Assembly (NCBI GenBank): GCA_965224245.1
Contig: OZ245046.1
Span: 4,672,001 to 4,736,000, forward strand
Length of the DNA: 64,000 nt
DNA from: Candidatus Eiseniibacteriota bacterium
Lineage (GTDB): Bacteria; Eisenbacteria; RBG-16-71-46; CAZAMP01
Direction of reading: 5' to 3'
Shown here: one piece after another, positions 41,311 through 56,906 of the stretch
Layout of the letters: every line of letters starts with the position of its first letter
How positions within the stretch are numbered: position 1 is the first letter of the stretch
Notes under the pieces: model-generated
What the model saw: the letters and a program-made list of their open reading frames with translations, nothing else
Told to the model about the DNA's origin: nothing
Database searches by the model: none
Position numbers and translations under genes: made by a program

Positions 41311-41326
41311 TGGCGCGATGATTGCG
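41311..41326 (+). promoter_or_regulatory. Sigma54 (-24/-12) promoter
   Basis: TGGC-GCGATGA-TTGC with exact GG-N10-GC spacing, adjacent to a divergent GAFTGA activator. Confidence 0.85.
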
Positions 41327-41360
41327 TGGGATGAGGACCATCTACCGGGAGGACGATGAC

Positions 41361-41831
41361 GTGACCCAACACCCGACCAGATGGCACACCGCCTCGTGGC
41401 ACACGACCCCTCGCGGGTGGTGGCGGAGGGGCATCGCATCTCTCCTCTGTGCGCTCCTCGTCGCGAGCCCGGTGTCCAGCGCCGACGCCGCATGTGCGTG
41501 CGCGGACGACGACTCCGCGTGCTGCTCGACCGACTCCGGAGCCGAGGACACGTCGTGCTGCACGCCTCCCGACCCAACCGCGGACGCGCAGGACGCCTGC
41601 GCCACGTCGCGCACCTCTTGCGCGGCGACCGCCGAGTCACCGACGGCGCTCCCTCAGCGCACTCCCGCGGACGCTGGCGCCGACGCACCGGCGACGGGGT
41701 GGCTGCCGTGGGATACGCGCCCGGTCGGGCGCCTGCCGCACTCCGGAGCGGTGGACGTGTTCGCACGAGCGGCCCGAGATCGGGCGGCTCCCGTTCCCGC
41801 GCACATTCTCTTCTCGTCGCTCCTCATCTGA
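41361..41831 (+). CDS. Cys-rich leader protein (candidate metal-sensing regulatory uORF, DUF2946/CruR-like architecture)
   Basis: GGAGGA RBS then GTG; hydrophobic signal-like segment, CAC, CC, CC, low-complexity linker, C-terminal RDRAAPVPAHILFSSLLI. Confidence 0.6.
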   Translation: MTQHPTRWHTASWHTTPRGWWRRGIASLLCALLVASPVSSADAACACADDDSACCSTDSGAEDTSCCTPPDPTADAQDACATSRTSCAATAESPTALPQRTPADAGADAPATGWLPWDTRPVGRLPHSGAVDVFARAARDRAAPVPAHILFSSLLI

Positions 41832-41948
41832 TTCGATTCCGACCCTCACGGCGGGTCCGGTATCTGCCGGACGCCGGACGCCGAAGAACACCCACGACCA
41901 GCACCCGACTGAACCACCGACGCACACGCGTTGAAAGGACTCCGAGCA

Positions 41949-42677
41949 ATGAACCGCCAGAACCGACTCGCGAGACTCGTTGCGACCGCCGCCACGCTCC
42001 TGCTTGGCCTTCCGGCGATCGCGACCGCCACCGCCACGTCCAATCCCGCCACCTATCCACTGGACACTTGCATCATCTCCGGCGAGCGTCTGGGCGAAGA
42101 GGGTGATCCGGTCTCGAAGGTGTACGACGGGCGCGAGGTGCGCTTCTGCTGCAAGATGTGCGTGGGGGACTTCGAGAAGGACCCGGCGTCCCATCTCGGA
42201 ATGCTCGACCAGGCGATCATCGACGCGCAGCTCGAGGACTACCCGCTCGAAACCTGTGTCGTGAGCGGCGAGCCGCTGGAGGGCGACATGGGCGGGCCGG
42301 TCGACCACGTCATGGGCAATCGTCTCGTGCGGCTGTGCTGCAAGTCGTGCAAGAAGGACCTCGCCGCCGATCCGACCCCCTATCTCGAGAAGCTGGACGC
42401 GGCCGTGGTCGCCGCGCAGCGCGCTGACTACCCGGCCGGCACGTGTCCGATCTCCGGCATGGAGCTCGGGGCGATGGGCGAGCCCTACGACTACGTGTAC
42501 GCCGGGCGCCTCGTTCGCTTCTGCTGCGCGGGCTGCATCGACTCGTTCGACGAGAACCCGGAGGCCGCGATGGCTACCGTCTACGGCGGCGCCGCCGAAA
42601 CGCCGGAGATGCACGAGCACGCCGAGCATGCTGGGCACGGCGGTCATGCCCACGATCACCAGGACACACACCCGTGA
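41949..42677 (+). CDS. Secreted protein with three YHS/TRASH-like C...CCxxC repeats and His-rich tail
   Basis: AAAGGA RBS, signal peptide; 3x YPxxTCxxSGxxL...RxVRxCCxxC; tail MHEHAEHAGHGGHAHDHQDTHP. Confidence 0.8.
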   Translation: MNRQNRLARLVATAATLLLGLPAIATATATSNPATYPLDTCIISGERLGEEGDPVSKVYDGREVRFCCKMCVGDFEKDPASHLGMLDQAIIDAQLEDYPLETCVVSGEPLEGDMGGPVDHVMGNRLVRLCCKSCKKDLAADPTPYLEKLDAAVVAAQRADYPAGTCPISGMELGAMGEPYDYVYAGRLVRFCCAGCIDSFDENPEAAMATVYGGAAETPEMHEHAEHAGHGGHAHDHQDTHP

Positions 42678-43441
42678 CACGGATCCTTGCCGCGATGATC
42701 ATCCTCAGCGCGCTCCTCTGGATGGCGCCGGGCGTGCTCGCTCACGAGACCGACGCCGCCGGGGACACGAGCGGAGCCGGTGCGTCGATCGGAAACGCCA
42801 TGTGTCCGGTGACGACCGACGAGTCGGCGGACCCCGCGATCTTCGTCGACTACCGGGGACGTCGGGTGTACTTCTGCTGCCCACGTTGCCGGAAGAAGTT
42901 CATCGACGACCCCGATGCCTACGTCGCGAACCTGTCCCCGGTGGCCGAGCACGCGGTGCTCGGCGAGGGCGCCGAGGCGCTCGACGGGCCGGCCCCGCCG
43001 GCCTTCGGCGCTCGCACCCTGCGGTTCGCCGGAAAGCTCCATCCGCTCGTCGTGCACTTTCCGATCGCGCTGCTGCTCACCGCGCTCGTCGTGGAGCTGC
43101 TCGGCCTGACGGTGAGCTCGGCGTCGCTCCGGGAGGTGGCTCGCGTGCTCGTCCTCGTGGGCGCTCCATCGGCGGCTGTCAGCGCGCTGCTCGGCTGGCT
43201 GGCCGCGCGGGGCGCGAGCTACCCGGAGGAGCTGGCTCGGGTTCTCACGCTGCATCGATGGCTGGGCACCGCGACCGCCGCGGTGGCGGTGGGCACACTC
43301 GTCCTGTCGGAGCGAGGCCGTCGTCACGGTCGTCACCACCGATCGCATGTCGTTCTCCTCGGCGTGACGGCTCTCCTCGCGGGGATCACCGGACACTTCG
43401 GGGGAACGCTGGTCCTCGGCCCGGAGCACTTCACATGGTAA
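42674..43441 (+). CDS. YHS domain plus DUF2231-like membrane protein
   Basis: CPVT...YRGRRVYFCCPRC; HPLVVHFPIALL, LHRWLG, GHFGGTLV; GTGA overlap with upstream stop. Confidence 0.8.
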   Translation: MTRILAAMIILSALLWMAPGVLAHETDAAGDTSGAGASIGNAMCPVTTDESADPAIFVDYRGRRVYFCCPRCRKKFIDDPDAYVANLSPVAEHAVLGEGAEALDGPAPPAFGARTLRFAGKLHPLVVHFPIALLLTALVVELLGLTVSSASLREVARVLVLVGAPSAAVSALLGWLAARGASYPEELARVLTLHRWLGTATAAVAVGTLVLSERGRRHGRHHRSHVVLLGVTALLAGITGHFGGTLVLGPEHFTW

Positions 43442-44823
43442 CGCGAGGGCAACATCGAGCAATCGGGATCGGCGCCATCGTCGTCGTCGCATTGCTGGCC
43501 GGCTGCGCCGGCGGCGACGCCGGCGCCCGCGGGCGCTGGAACGACACGCACGCCCGGTACTACGCGTCCCATCACGACGTCCAGGGTTCGGTGAGCCCCG
43601 ACACCACCGCGATCGAGGACCTCGAAGCACTCATCGTCACCGCCGAGTCCACGAGTCCCGCCCTCCGCGCGTCCTTCGATCGCTGGAAGGCCGCGCTCGA
43701 GCGAGTGCCACAGGCGACGGCGCTTCCCGACCCGCGAGTCTCGTATGCCTACTTCATCGAGCCGGTCGAGACGCGCGTCGGACCCCAGCGTCAGCGGTTC
43801 GGCATCTCGCAGACGATTCCGCTGTTCGGGAAGCTCGGGCTCCGCGGGGCGGTCGCGGTGAATGCCGCGAACGCCGCCGGCGCCGACTTCGAGGCGGCGC
43901 GGCTGGCGCTCCGCTTCCGTCTCACGAAGCTGTGGAACGACTACTACTACCTGAGCCGCGAGATCGCGATCACGGACGAGAACGTCCGGCTCCTGCAACG
44001 CCTCGAGAGCGTGGCGCTCTCGCAATATGCGGCGGGCGGCGCGAGTCACGGCGCCGTGATCCGGGCGCAGGTCGAGCTCGGCCGACTCGAGGATCGTCTT
44101 CTCACCGTGCGCGATCGACGCGGTCCGATCGTCGCCGCCCTGAACGCCGAGCTCGGGCGCTCCCCGGACGCCGTCATCCCGTCGCCCGTCGCCATCGACA
44201 CGACGTCGATCTCGCTGTCGGCGGACGCGCTCCGCGCCGCCCTCCTGGAACGAAATCCGGAGCTCACCGCCCGCACGTACCGGGAAGAGGAGGCGGCGGC
44301 GGGCGCACGGCTCGCCGGGAAGAGCGCGCTCCCGGACCTGACCCTGGGTGCCGAGTACATCGACACCGACGAGGCGCGCTTCCCGGACGTCGCGGACAGT
44401 GGGAAGGACGCCGCGGTCGCGCAGGCGAGCATCAACCTGCCGCTCTGGTTCGGCCGAACCCGGGCCGAGAAGGCACAGGCCGACGCCCGCCTCTCCGCCG
44501 CTCGTCACGACGTGGAGCAGCTGCGCAACCGACTGCTGTCCGATCTCGAGCAGGCGCTCTTCGACTACCGCGATTCGGAGCGCCGGGTGAACCTCTACGC
44601 CCTGACGCTGCTACCGAAGGCGCGACAGTCGCTGGCGGTCGCCGAGGACTCCTTCACGACGGGCAAGATGGACTTCCTCGATCTCGTCGATGCACAGCGG
44701 ACGTTGCTCGAGTTCCAGCTCGCGCACGAGCGCGCGCTCGTCGACCGATCCAACGCGCGCGCCCGACTCGATCAGATGACCGGCCTGGACATCGTCCGCG
44801 GCCCGGTGACGAAAGGAATGTAG
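43435..44823 (+). CDS. TolC-family outer membrane efflux protein (lipoprotein-like signal)
   Basis: LLAGC lipobox, LPDP, SQTIPLFGK, LPDLTLG, INLPLW, DFLDLVDAQRTLL. Confidence 0.85.
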   Translation: MVTRGQHRAIGIGAIVVVALLAGCAGGDAGARGRWNDTHARYYASHHDVQGSVSPDTTAIEDLEALIVTAESTSPALRASFDRWKAALERVPQATALPDPRVSYAYFIEPVETRVGPQRQRFGISQTIPLFGKLGLRGAVAVNAANAAGADFEAARLALRFRLTKLWNDYYYLSREIAITDENVRLLQRLESVALSQYAAGGASHGAVIRAQVELGRLEDRLLTVRDRRGPIVAALNAELGRSPDAVIPSPVAIDTTSISLSADALRAALLERNPELTARTYREEEAAAGARLAGKSALPDLTLGAEYIDTDEARFPDVADSGKDAAVAQASINLPLWFGRTRAEKAQADARLSAARHDVEQLRNRLLSDLEQALFDYRDSERRVNLYALTLLPKARQSLAVAEDSFTTGKMDFLDLVDAQRTLLEFQLAHERALVDRSNARARLDQMTGLDIVRGPVTKGM

Positions 44824-44825
44824 TG

Positions 44826-46702
44826 ATGACGCCCGTGCACCGTAGCTGGGTTCGAGTGACGATCGTCGCCGTGGCAATCGTCGCTGCGTTCGCGCTCGGG
44901 CTGTCGCTCAGCCCGGGGAGCGATCGGTCAAACACGTCGATGACGTCCGAGGCGTCCGACACCGCCGCGGAGACGTGGACGTGCTCGATGCACCCGCAGA
45001 TTCAGATGCCGGGACCGGGCCAGTGCCCGATCTGCGGCATGGACCTGATCCCGCTCGCCGCCGAAGGTGGGAGTGACGCGAATCCTCGCTCGTTGACGCT
45101 GTCTCCCGCCGCGCGAAAGATCGCCGAGATCCAGACGACGCCCGTCGTGCGGCGACCGGTCGAGAAGACGCTCCGGATGGTCGGCAAGCTCGAGCCCGAC
45201 GAGACCCGCGTACGCGAGATCGCGGCATGGGTGTCGGGCCGCGTCGATCGACTCTACGTGGACTATACCGGCGTGACCGTGCACGCGGGCGAGAAGCTCT
45301 TCGACCTCTACAGCCCCGACCTCTACGCCGCACAGCAGGAGCTCTTGCAGGCGGTGGCGGCCTCGCGCGAGCTGTCCAGAAGCGATCTCGAGAGCACGCG
45401 CCGATCGGCCACGCGGACCGCGGAGGCGGCCCGTGAGCGGCTCCGACTCTGGGGACTGACCGGCCATCAGATCCAGGCGATCGAGCAGCGCGGAGAGCCG
45501 TCGGACCACGTCACGATCGTGGCGCCGACCGGTGGAGTCGTGCTGCACAAGAATGCCACCGAGGGGACTTACGTCCAGACCGGCACCAAGGTCTACACCA
45601 TCGCCGATCTGTCGGTCCTCTGGCTTCAGCTCAACGTCTACGAGTCCGATCTCGCGTGGCTGGAGACGGGGCAGCGCGTGGAGTTCGGGACCGACGCCTA
45701 TCCCGGTACGACCTTCGAGGGTACGGTCTCGTTCATCGATCCGCTTCTCGACGAGCGCACGCGCAGCGTCGAGGTGCGGGTCGACGTTCCCAACCCCGAC
45801 GCGCGACTCAAGCCGGGGATGTTCGCGCGGGCGGTCGTTCGCGCGTCGGTCGGTGCGGACACGGACGAACCCCCGCTGGTGATCCCCTCCTCGGCGCCGC
45901 TCGTCACCGGCACGCGTGCCGTCGTCTACGTCGAGGATCCGGACGAGCCGGGGCGCTACGAAGGGCGCGAGGTCATGCTCGGGCCGGAGGCAGACGGCTT
46001 CTATGTCGTTCTCGACGGTCTCGAGGTCGGTGACGCGGTCGTCGCCAACGGGAGCTTCAAGATCGACAGCGCGCTCCAGATCCTGGCCAAGCAGAGCATG
46101 ATGAGCCCCGAGGGAGGCGTCCGCGCGCCCGGGCACGAGCACGGCGAGACGCCACCGTCGACGATGGAGTCGATGGACCCCCCGGCCGAGCCGATCGCGA
46201 ACGTGCCCGACGAGTTCCGGCGGCAGCTCGATGACGTCGTCGCGGACTACCTGGCCCTGACCACGGCGTTGAGCCGAGACGACTTCGACGGCGCGAGGTC
46301 GGCGGCGGGCGCGCTCCCGACCGCCCTTCACGCGGTCGACGACGGGGCGCTCCCATCGGCCGGGCGCGCGCCGTGGTCACGCACAGCCTCGATCCTCGAG
46401 GCGGAATCCCGCTCGATCGCCTCCGCCTCGGACATCGAGACCGCACGCCGGATCTTCCACGCGCTCTCCGCGGAGATGATCCACACCGTCCGGCTGTTCG
46501 GCGCATCCGGTCGAACCCCGGTGTACGTGTACCACTGTCCGATGGCGATGGACGGCAGCGGCGGCGACTGGCTCCAGACCACCGAGGGCACCGAGAACCC
46601 GTACTACGGCTCGATGATGTTCCGGTGTGGTTCGCAGACCGAGACGCTGGTCGCCGGCTCCGATCCGGACGCGACCGGTGAGCCCGAGGCAGGAGACTCC
46701 CG

Positions 46703-46706
<4 letters not shown>
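44826..46706 (+). CDS. cusB: RND periplasmic adaptor subunit (CusB-type) with heavy-metal-binding domain and C-terminal DUF3347-like domain
   Basis: WTCSMHPQI...CPICGMDL, YSPDL, LKPGMF, C-terminal YHCPMA...WLQ...NPYYGSMMFRCG. Confidence 0.85.
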
Positions 46707-52791
<6,085 letters not shown>

Positions 52792-52806
52792 GGGAGGTCC
52801 AGATTC

Positions 52807-55101
52807 ATGCAGCGACGACTTCCCGTCTGGCTCGCCTGTCTCGTTCTCGCGGGAGCCGCCATCGCCGCTCACGCCGACTCCGGTGGTCCCCTCGTCACGC
52901 TGCACGCGCCGAACGGCGGAGAGAGCCTTCCCGCCGGCGACGTCCGTACCGTGTCCTGGTCCGCCGAGGACACCGACGGCATCGCCGGGGTCGATCTCTT
53001 CTACCGGGATGCCGGAGGTGCGGCCTGGACGATGATCGCGCGCGATCTGGCCGACACCGGCTCGTACGACTGGTTCGTCCCCGACACGCCGACCGAGGCG
53101 GCGCGGGTTCGCGTGCTCGTCCGCGACGCGCTCGGGAACCCCGGCGAGGACGTCTCGGACGGCGACTTCACGATCACGGCGCGGACGGGATCGACGGTCG
53201 CCACCCCGCTTCGCGACTTCCACCTGCCCGGATCGCAGCCGTTCGACGTGCCGGAGTTCCTGCCGAACGAGAACTGTGACAACTGCCACACCTTCGAGTC
53301 GACCGCGCCCGGGGACAGCTACCTGGGTACGATGATGGCGCACGCGGGCAAGGACCCGATCTTCCACGCGGCGCTCGCGGTCGCCGAGCAGGACGCGGCG
53401 TCGTCGGGAGACTTCTGCCTGCGCTGCCACACTCCGATGGGATGGCTGGCCGGTCGCAGCAATCCCACGTCGGGGCTCGCGTTGACCGATCAGGATCTGG
53501 AGAGCGTGTCCTGCCACTTCTGCCACCTGATGGTCGATCCCGATCACGACGCGTCCGACCCGCCCGTGGACGAGGAGGTGCTGGCACTCCTCGACGAGGT
53601 GCCGCCCGTGCCGGGGCTCGGCATGTACGTCGTCGATCCTCAGGATCGGCGGCGGGGACCGTACGACGACTCGCACACGCCGCACGGGCGCATCCCCTCG
53701 GCGTTCCATCGCGGAAGCGAGCTCTGCGGGACGTGTCACGACGTGTCGAACCCGGTCTTCGAGCGCATCTCGGGGGCCGAGTACGCGCTCGGCACGCTCG
53801 ATGCGCCGGCCCCCGACGTCACCGCGGGGCATCTGCTTCCGATCGAGCGCACGTACAGCGAGTGGCGCGCGTCCGCGTTCCCCGACGGTGTCTACGCCCC
53901 CGAGTTCGCCGGCAACCGGCCCGACGGTACGGTGTCGACCTGCGTCGACTGTCACATGGTCGACGTCCAGGCCAAGGGGTGCTTCTTCCCGTCGTCCCCG
54001 GTTCGCGAGGATCTCGCGCTGCACGAGTTCGCCGGGGGAAACACGTGGATGCCGCCGATCATGGCCCGGCTGTATCCGGACGACATCGCGGCCGAGCGCG
54101 CGGACTCGTCGGCGGCCCGCGCGGTGCGGATGCTCCGGAGGGCGGCGGTTCTCGGCACCAGCGTGGAGTCGGAGGCCGACTCGTTCCGGGTGTCGATCAC
54201 CGTCACCAACCGGACGGGGCACAAGCTTCCCACCGGCTACCCCGAGGGCCGACGCATGTGGCTCCACGTGGAGGCCTTCGACGATGCGATGCAGACGGTC
54301 TACGAGTCGGGCTCCTACGACGCGGCGACCGGGGTGCTGTCACACGACGAGGACGTCGTGGTCTACGAGGCCGAGCCCGGCATCTCGCATCGCACCGCCG
54401 CGCTGACGGGGCTGGCTCCCGGACCGTCGTTCCACTTCGTGCTCAACGACACGCTCTACGGGGACAACCGGATCCCGCCGATGGGCTTCGAGAACGCGGC
54501 GTTCGATGCGTTCGGCGGCCGGCCGGTGGAGGCCGGCGTCGCCGAGCGCTACGCCGACGGCCAGAGCTGGGATACGTCGTCCTACGCCCTCCCGGCCACC
54601 GCGCACACGGTCGTCACGACCCTGTACTACCAGACGACGAGCAAGGAGTACGTGGAGTTCCTGCGGGACGAGAACACGACGAACTCCGCCGGTCAGGACC
54701 TCTACGATCTCTGGGTCGCGAACGGTCGCGCCGCACCGGTGGTGATGGTCACCGACACGACGTACACCGATCCCGACACGCCGATCGACGAGGAGCCCGG
54801 CGCCGGCGACCCGCCCACGGTCGCGTTCCCGGCGGTGCGCGTGCTCCACAATCCGTTCGGCGCTCACGAGCCCCTCTCGTTGCGGCTGGATCTGGCCGTC
54901 GCCGCCGAGGTCACGCTCGCGATCTTCGACGTGCAGGGGCGAGAGATGGCCCGCGTGCCGTACGGGTCGCTCGGGGGAGGCGCTCACCGGTTGCGGTGGG
55001 ACGGCGTCACGGCCGGCAACGTCGCGTCTCCCGGCGTCTACTTCGCGCGGGTCGGGGTCGGGGATCGCACGTTCGTTCGCCGTGTGGTCCGCGTACGTTG
55101 A
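52807..55101 (+). CDS. Secreted pentaheme c-type cytochrome with N-terminal Ig-like domain and C-terminal FlgD-Ig/T9SS-like domain
   Basis: GGAGG RBS, signal peptide, PNGGE Ig domain; CDNCH, CLRCH, CHFCH, CGTCH, CVDCH; GHKLPTG; HNPF...FDVQGR...WDG...PGVYF...RVVRVR. Confidence 0.85.
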   Translation: MQRRLPVWLACLVLAGAAIAAHADSGGPLVTLHAPNGGESLPAGDVRTVSWSAEDTDGIAGVDLFYRDAGGAAWTMIARDLADTGSYDWFVPDTPTEAARVRVLVRDALGNPGEDVSDGDFTITARTGSTVATPLRDFHLPGSQPFDVPEFLPNENCDNCHTFESTAPGDSYLGTMMAHAGKDPIFHAALAVAEQDAASSGDFCLRCHTPMGWLAGRSNPTSGLALTDQDLESVSCHFCHLMVDPDHDASDPPVDEEVLALLDEVPPVPGLGMYVVDPQDRRRGPYDDSHTPHGRIPSAFHRGSELCGTCHDVSNPVFERISGAEYALGTLDAPAPDVTAGHLLPIERTYSEWRASAFPDGVYAPEFAGNRPDGTVSTCVDCHMVDVQAKGCFFPSSPVREDLALHEFAGGNTWMPPIMARLYPDDIAAERADSSAARAVRMLRRAAVLGTSVESEADSFRVSITVTNRTGHKLPTGYPEGRRMWLHVEAFDDAMQTVYESGSYDAATGVLSHDEDVVVYEAEPGISHRTAALTGLAPGPSFHFVLNDTLYGDNRIPPMGFENAAFDAFGGRPVEAGVAERYADGQSWDTSSYALPATAHTVVTTLYYQTTSKEYVEFLRDENTTNSAGQDLYDLWVANGRAAPVVMVTDTTYTDPDTPIDEEPGAGDPPTVAFPAVRVLHNPFGAHEPLSLRLDLAVAAEVTLAIFDVQGREMARVPYGSLGGGAHRLRWDGVTAGNVASPGVYFARVGVGDRTFVRRVVRVR

Positions 55102-55143
55102 CGTCGCGTGCGGGCTCGCGCGACGCACCGTCGCCGCCGAGGC

Positions 55144-56280
55144 TCACGAGTCACCCCCCGGTACGTCGGCCCGGTACAGCGCCCGGATCCACGGTCGCCA
55201 GCACGCGTGATCCACGAGGTCCGTGCTGTCACTGACGAGATCCAGGCCGCCGACGAGCGGTCGTGTCGTGAGCCCGCGCACGGTGGGATCGGTGATCTCG
55301 TCGGCGAGGGCGCGCGCGAACCCGTGCATCGCGATCACACGGAACGGGTGGCCGTGGAATCGCATCGCGCGCGTCGGCATCTCTCGCGTCAGTCCGAGGT
55401 CGCCGTGCGCGGCCGCGACGATCTCGTACGCCTCGACGAGGCCGGCCTCGCGACGGTCCCACGTGGGTGCCTGCATCGCGCTCGTCAGCGGACGCATCAG
55501 CGTCTCGGCCAGCGGCAGCTCGCCGAACGCCGTGCCGAACCACTTCGCGTAGGGTGCGTATCGGCGCGACATCAGGAACGTGAGGCGCATCAGATCGCGC
55601 ACCAGACGCGCCCCGATCACGGCCGAGCCCAGCTCGTCGCCCGCGATGCCGGCCCGGCCCATCAGGTGCTCGTCCTGACCGATTCGCGTCCACGCCGAGG
55701 CGAGCTGGTAGAGCCACACGTCCCTCGGGTAGTACTCGAACCGGTCACGGACCGCCCCGAGCCCGATGTCGTCATGGAAGATCGGCCCGCTCGTCACCGT
55801 GCGGAGGCGTTGCTCCGAGACGCTCAGCCAGTCCACCGGCGTGAGCGGCGTCGTCACGTCGACCCCGAGGTACGCGTCGAAGAAGCCGGGTACGGTGTGG
55901 ACCTCGACGCGGTGGTCGACCGGGCCCTCGGTGATCGGGGTGGGATGTCGGGTTCCGGGCTCGGCCGGGTCGGGTGTGTAGTGCGTCGGGACGCCGTCGA
56001 TCTCCACCGGAAGGCGGTGCGACATCACCCGCCGGATCGCGTCCGCACGATCCGCGTCCCTTTCCCGGACGAACAGCAGCACACGCGGGCCCCAGTGGTG
56101 ATCGGTGGACATCTCGTCGTCGTACCCCAGCACCTCCGAGCCCTGGTCGAGAAGACCGGCGGCGTGGGGGATCGAGTCCACGTGCTCGTCGAGAATCGGA
56201 GCCACGCAGGTGCGGTAGAGGAGCTCCGCGAGGCGCGCCCCCTCGCCCCGGGGCGCGCGATGCCCGTCGCCCGGGGTCAC
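55144..56280 (-). CDS. DUF4037 domain protein (nucleotidyltransferase-like N-terminus)
   Basis: GSEVLGYDDEMSTDHHWGPR, TSGPIFHD, YYPRDVW, YAPYAKW; GTG overlapping upstream stop. Confidence 0.8.
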   Translation of the reverse strand: MTPGDGHRAPRGEGARLAELLYRTCVAPILDEHVDSIPHAAGLLDQGSEVLGYDDEMSTDHHWGPRVLLFVRERDADRADAIRRVMSHRLPVEIDGVPTHYTPDPAEPGTRHPTPITEGPVDHRVEVHTVPGFFDAYLGVDVTTPLTPVDWLSVSEQRLRTVTSGPIFHDDIGLGAVRDRFEYYPRDVWLYQLASAWTRIGQDEHLMGRAGIAGDELGSAVIGARLVRDLMRLTFLMSRRYAPYAKWFGTAFGELPLAETLMRPLTSAMQAPTWDRREAGLVEAYEIVAAAHGDLGLTREMPTRAMRFHGHPFRVIAMHGFARALADEITDPTVRGLTTRPLVGGLDLVSDSTDLVDHACWRPWIRALYRADVPGGDS

Positions 56281-56765
56281 GACGGCCACCTCGGCCACCA
56301 GCGTCGCACCTCGCGCCGGTACGCCCGGTAGCTCTCGCCGAACCTCGCGTCCAGGCCCGGCTCCTCGACCCGGACCACGAACACGTGCGCGGCCATCGCC
56401 GCGATCAGCGTGAACACGAGCGCCATGGGCGAGCGCAGATGGAGCGCGAAGCCGCCGAGGAGCACGAGTCCGCCCACGTACATCGGGTTTCGAACGATCC
56501 GATAGGGCCCCAGGGCCACGAAGCGGCGCGGTGGATCGAACGGCGCCGGCGTCCCGTGGCCGCGCTGCACGAACGTGACGACGCACGCGAGCCCGAGCGC
56601 GGCGCCGAGCACCATCGCGACCGGCCCCACCGGCCGGAGGCCGGCCGGCAGCGATCCGCCGAGTCTGCCGTCGAGCCGGTGGGCGAGGTGGGCGAGGGCC
56701 GCGAAGAGGCCCACGAACGCCGAGCCGTAGATCGTGGCCCGGAGCGCGATGAAGGAGCGTGCCAT
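56277..56765 (-). CDS. Isoprenylcysteine carboxylmethyltransferase/PEMT family membrane protein
   Basis: GTPAPFDPP, GPYRIVRNPMY, EEPGL..RFGESY..Y...V.RW. Confidence 0.85.
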   Translation of the reverse strand: MARSFIALRATIYGSAFVGLFAALAHLAHRLDGRLGGSLPAGLRPVGPVAMVLGAALGLACVVTFVQRGHGTPAPFDPPRRFVALGPYRIVRNPMYVGGLVLLGGFALHLRSPMALVFTLIAAMAAHVFVVRVEEPGLDARFGESYRAYRREVRRWWPRWPS

Positions 56766-56906
56766 CGGTCCGCCCTGGTCGGTCGCCTCGCGGTGCCGAT
56801 CGGACGCCGGAGGCGGTATGATCCCCGACCGACACGGCAACGGGGGCGACGACGGCCGCGCCACGGGGACGCCTTCGAATCGTCATCACATTACCGGGAG
56901 GCTCAC

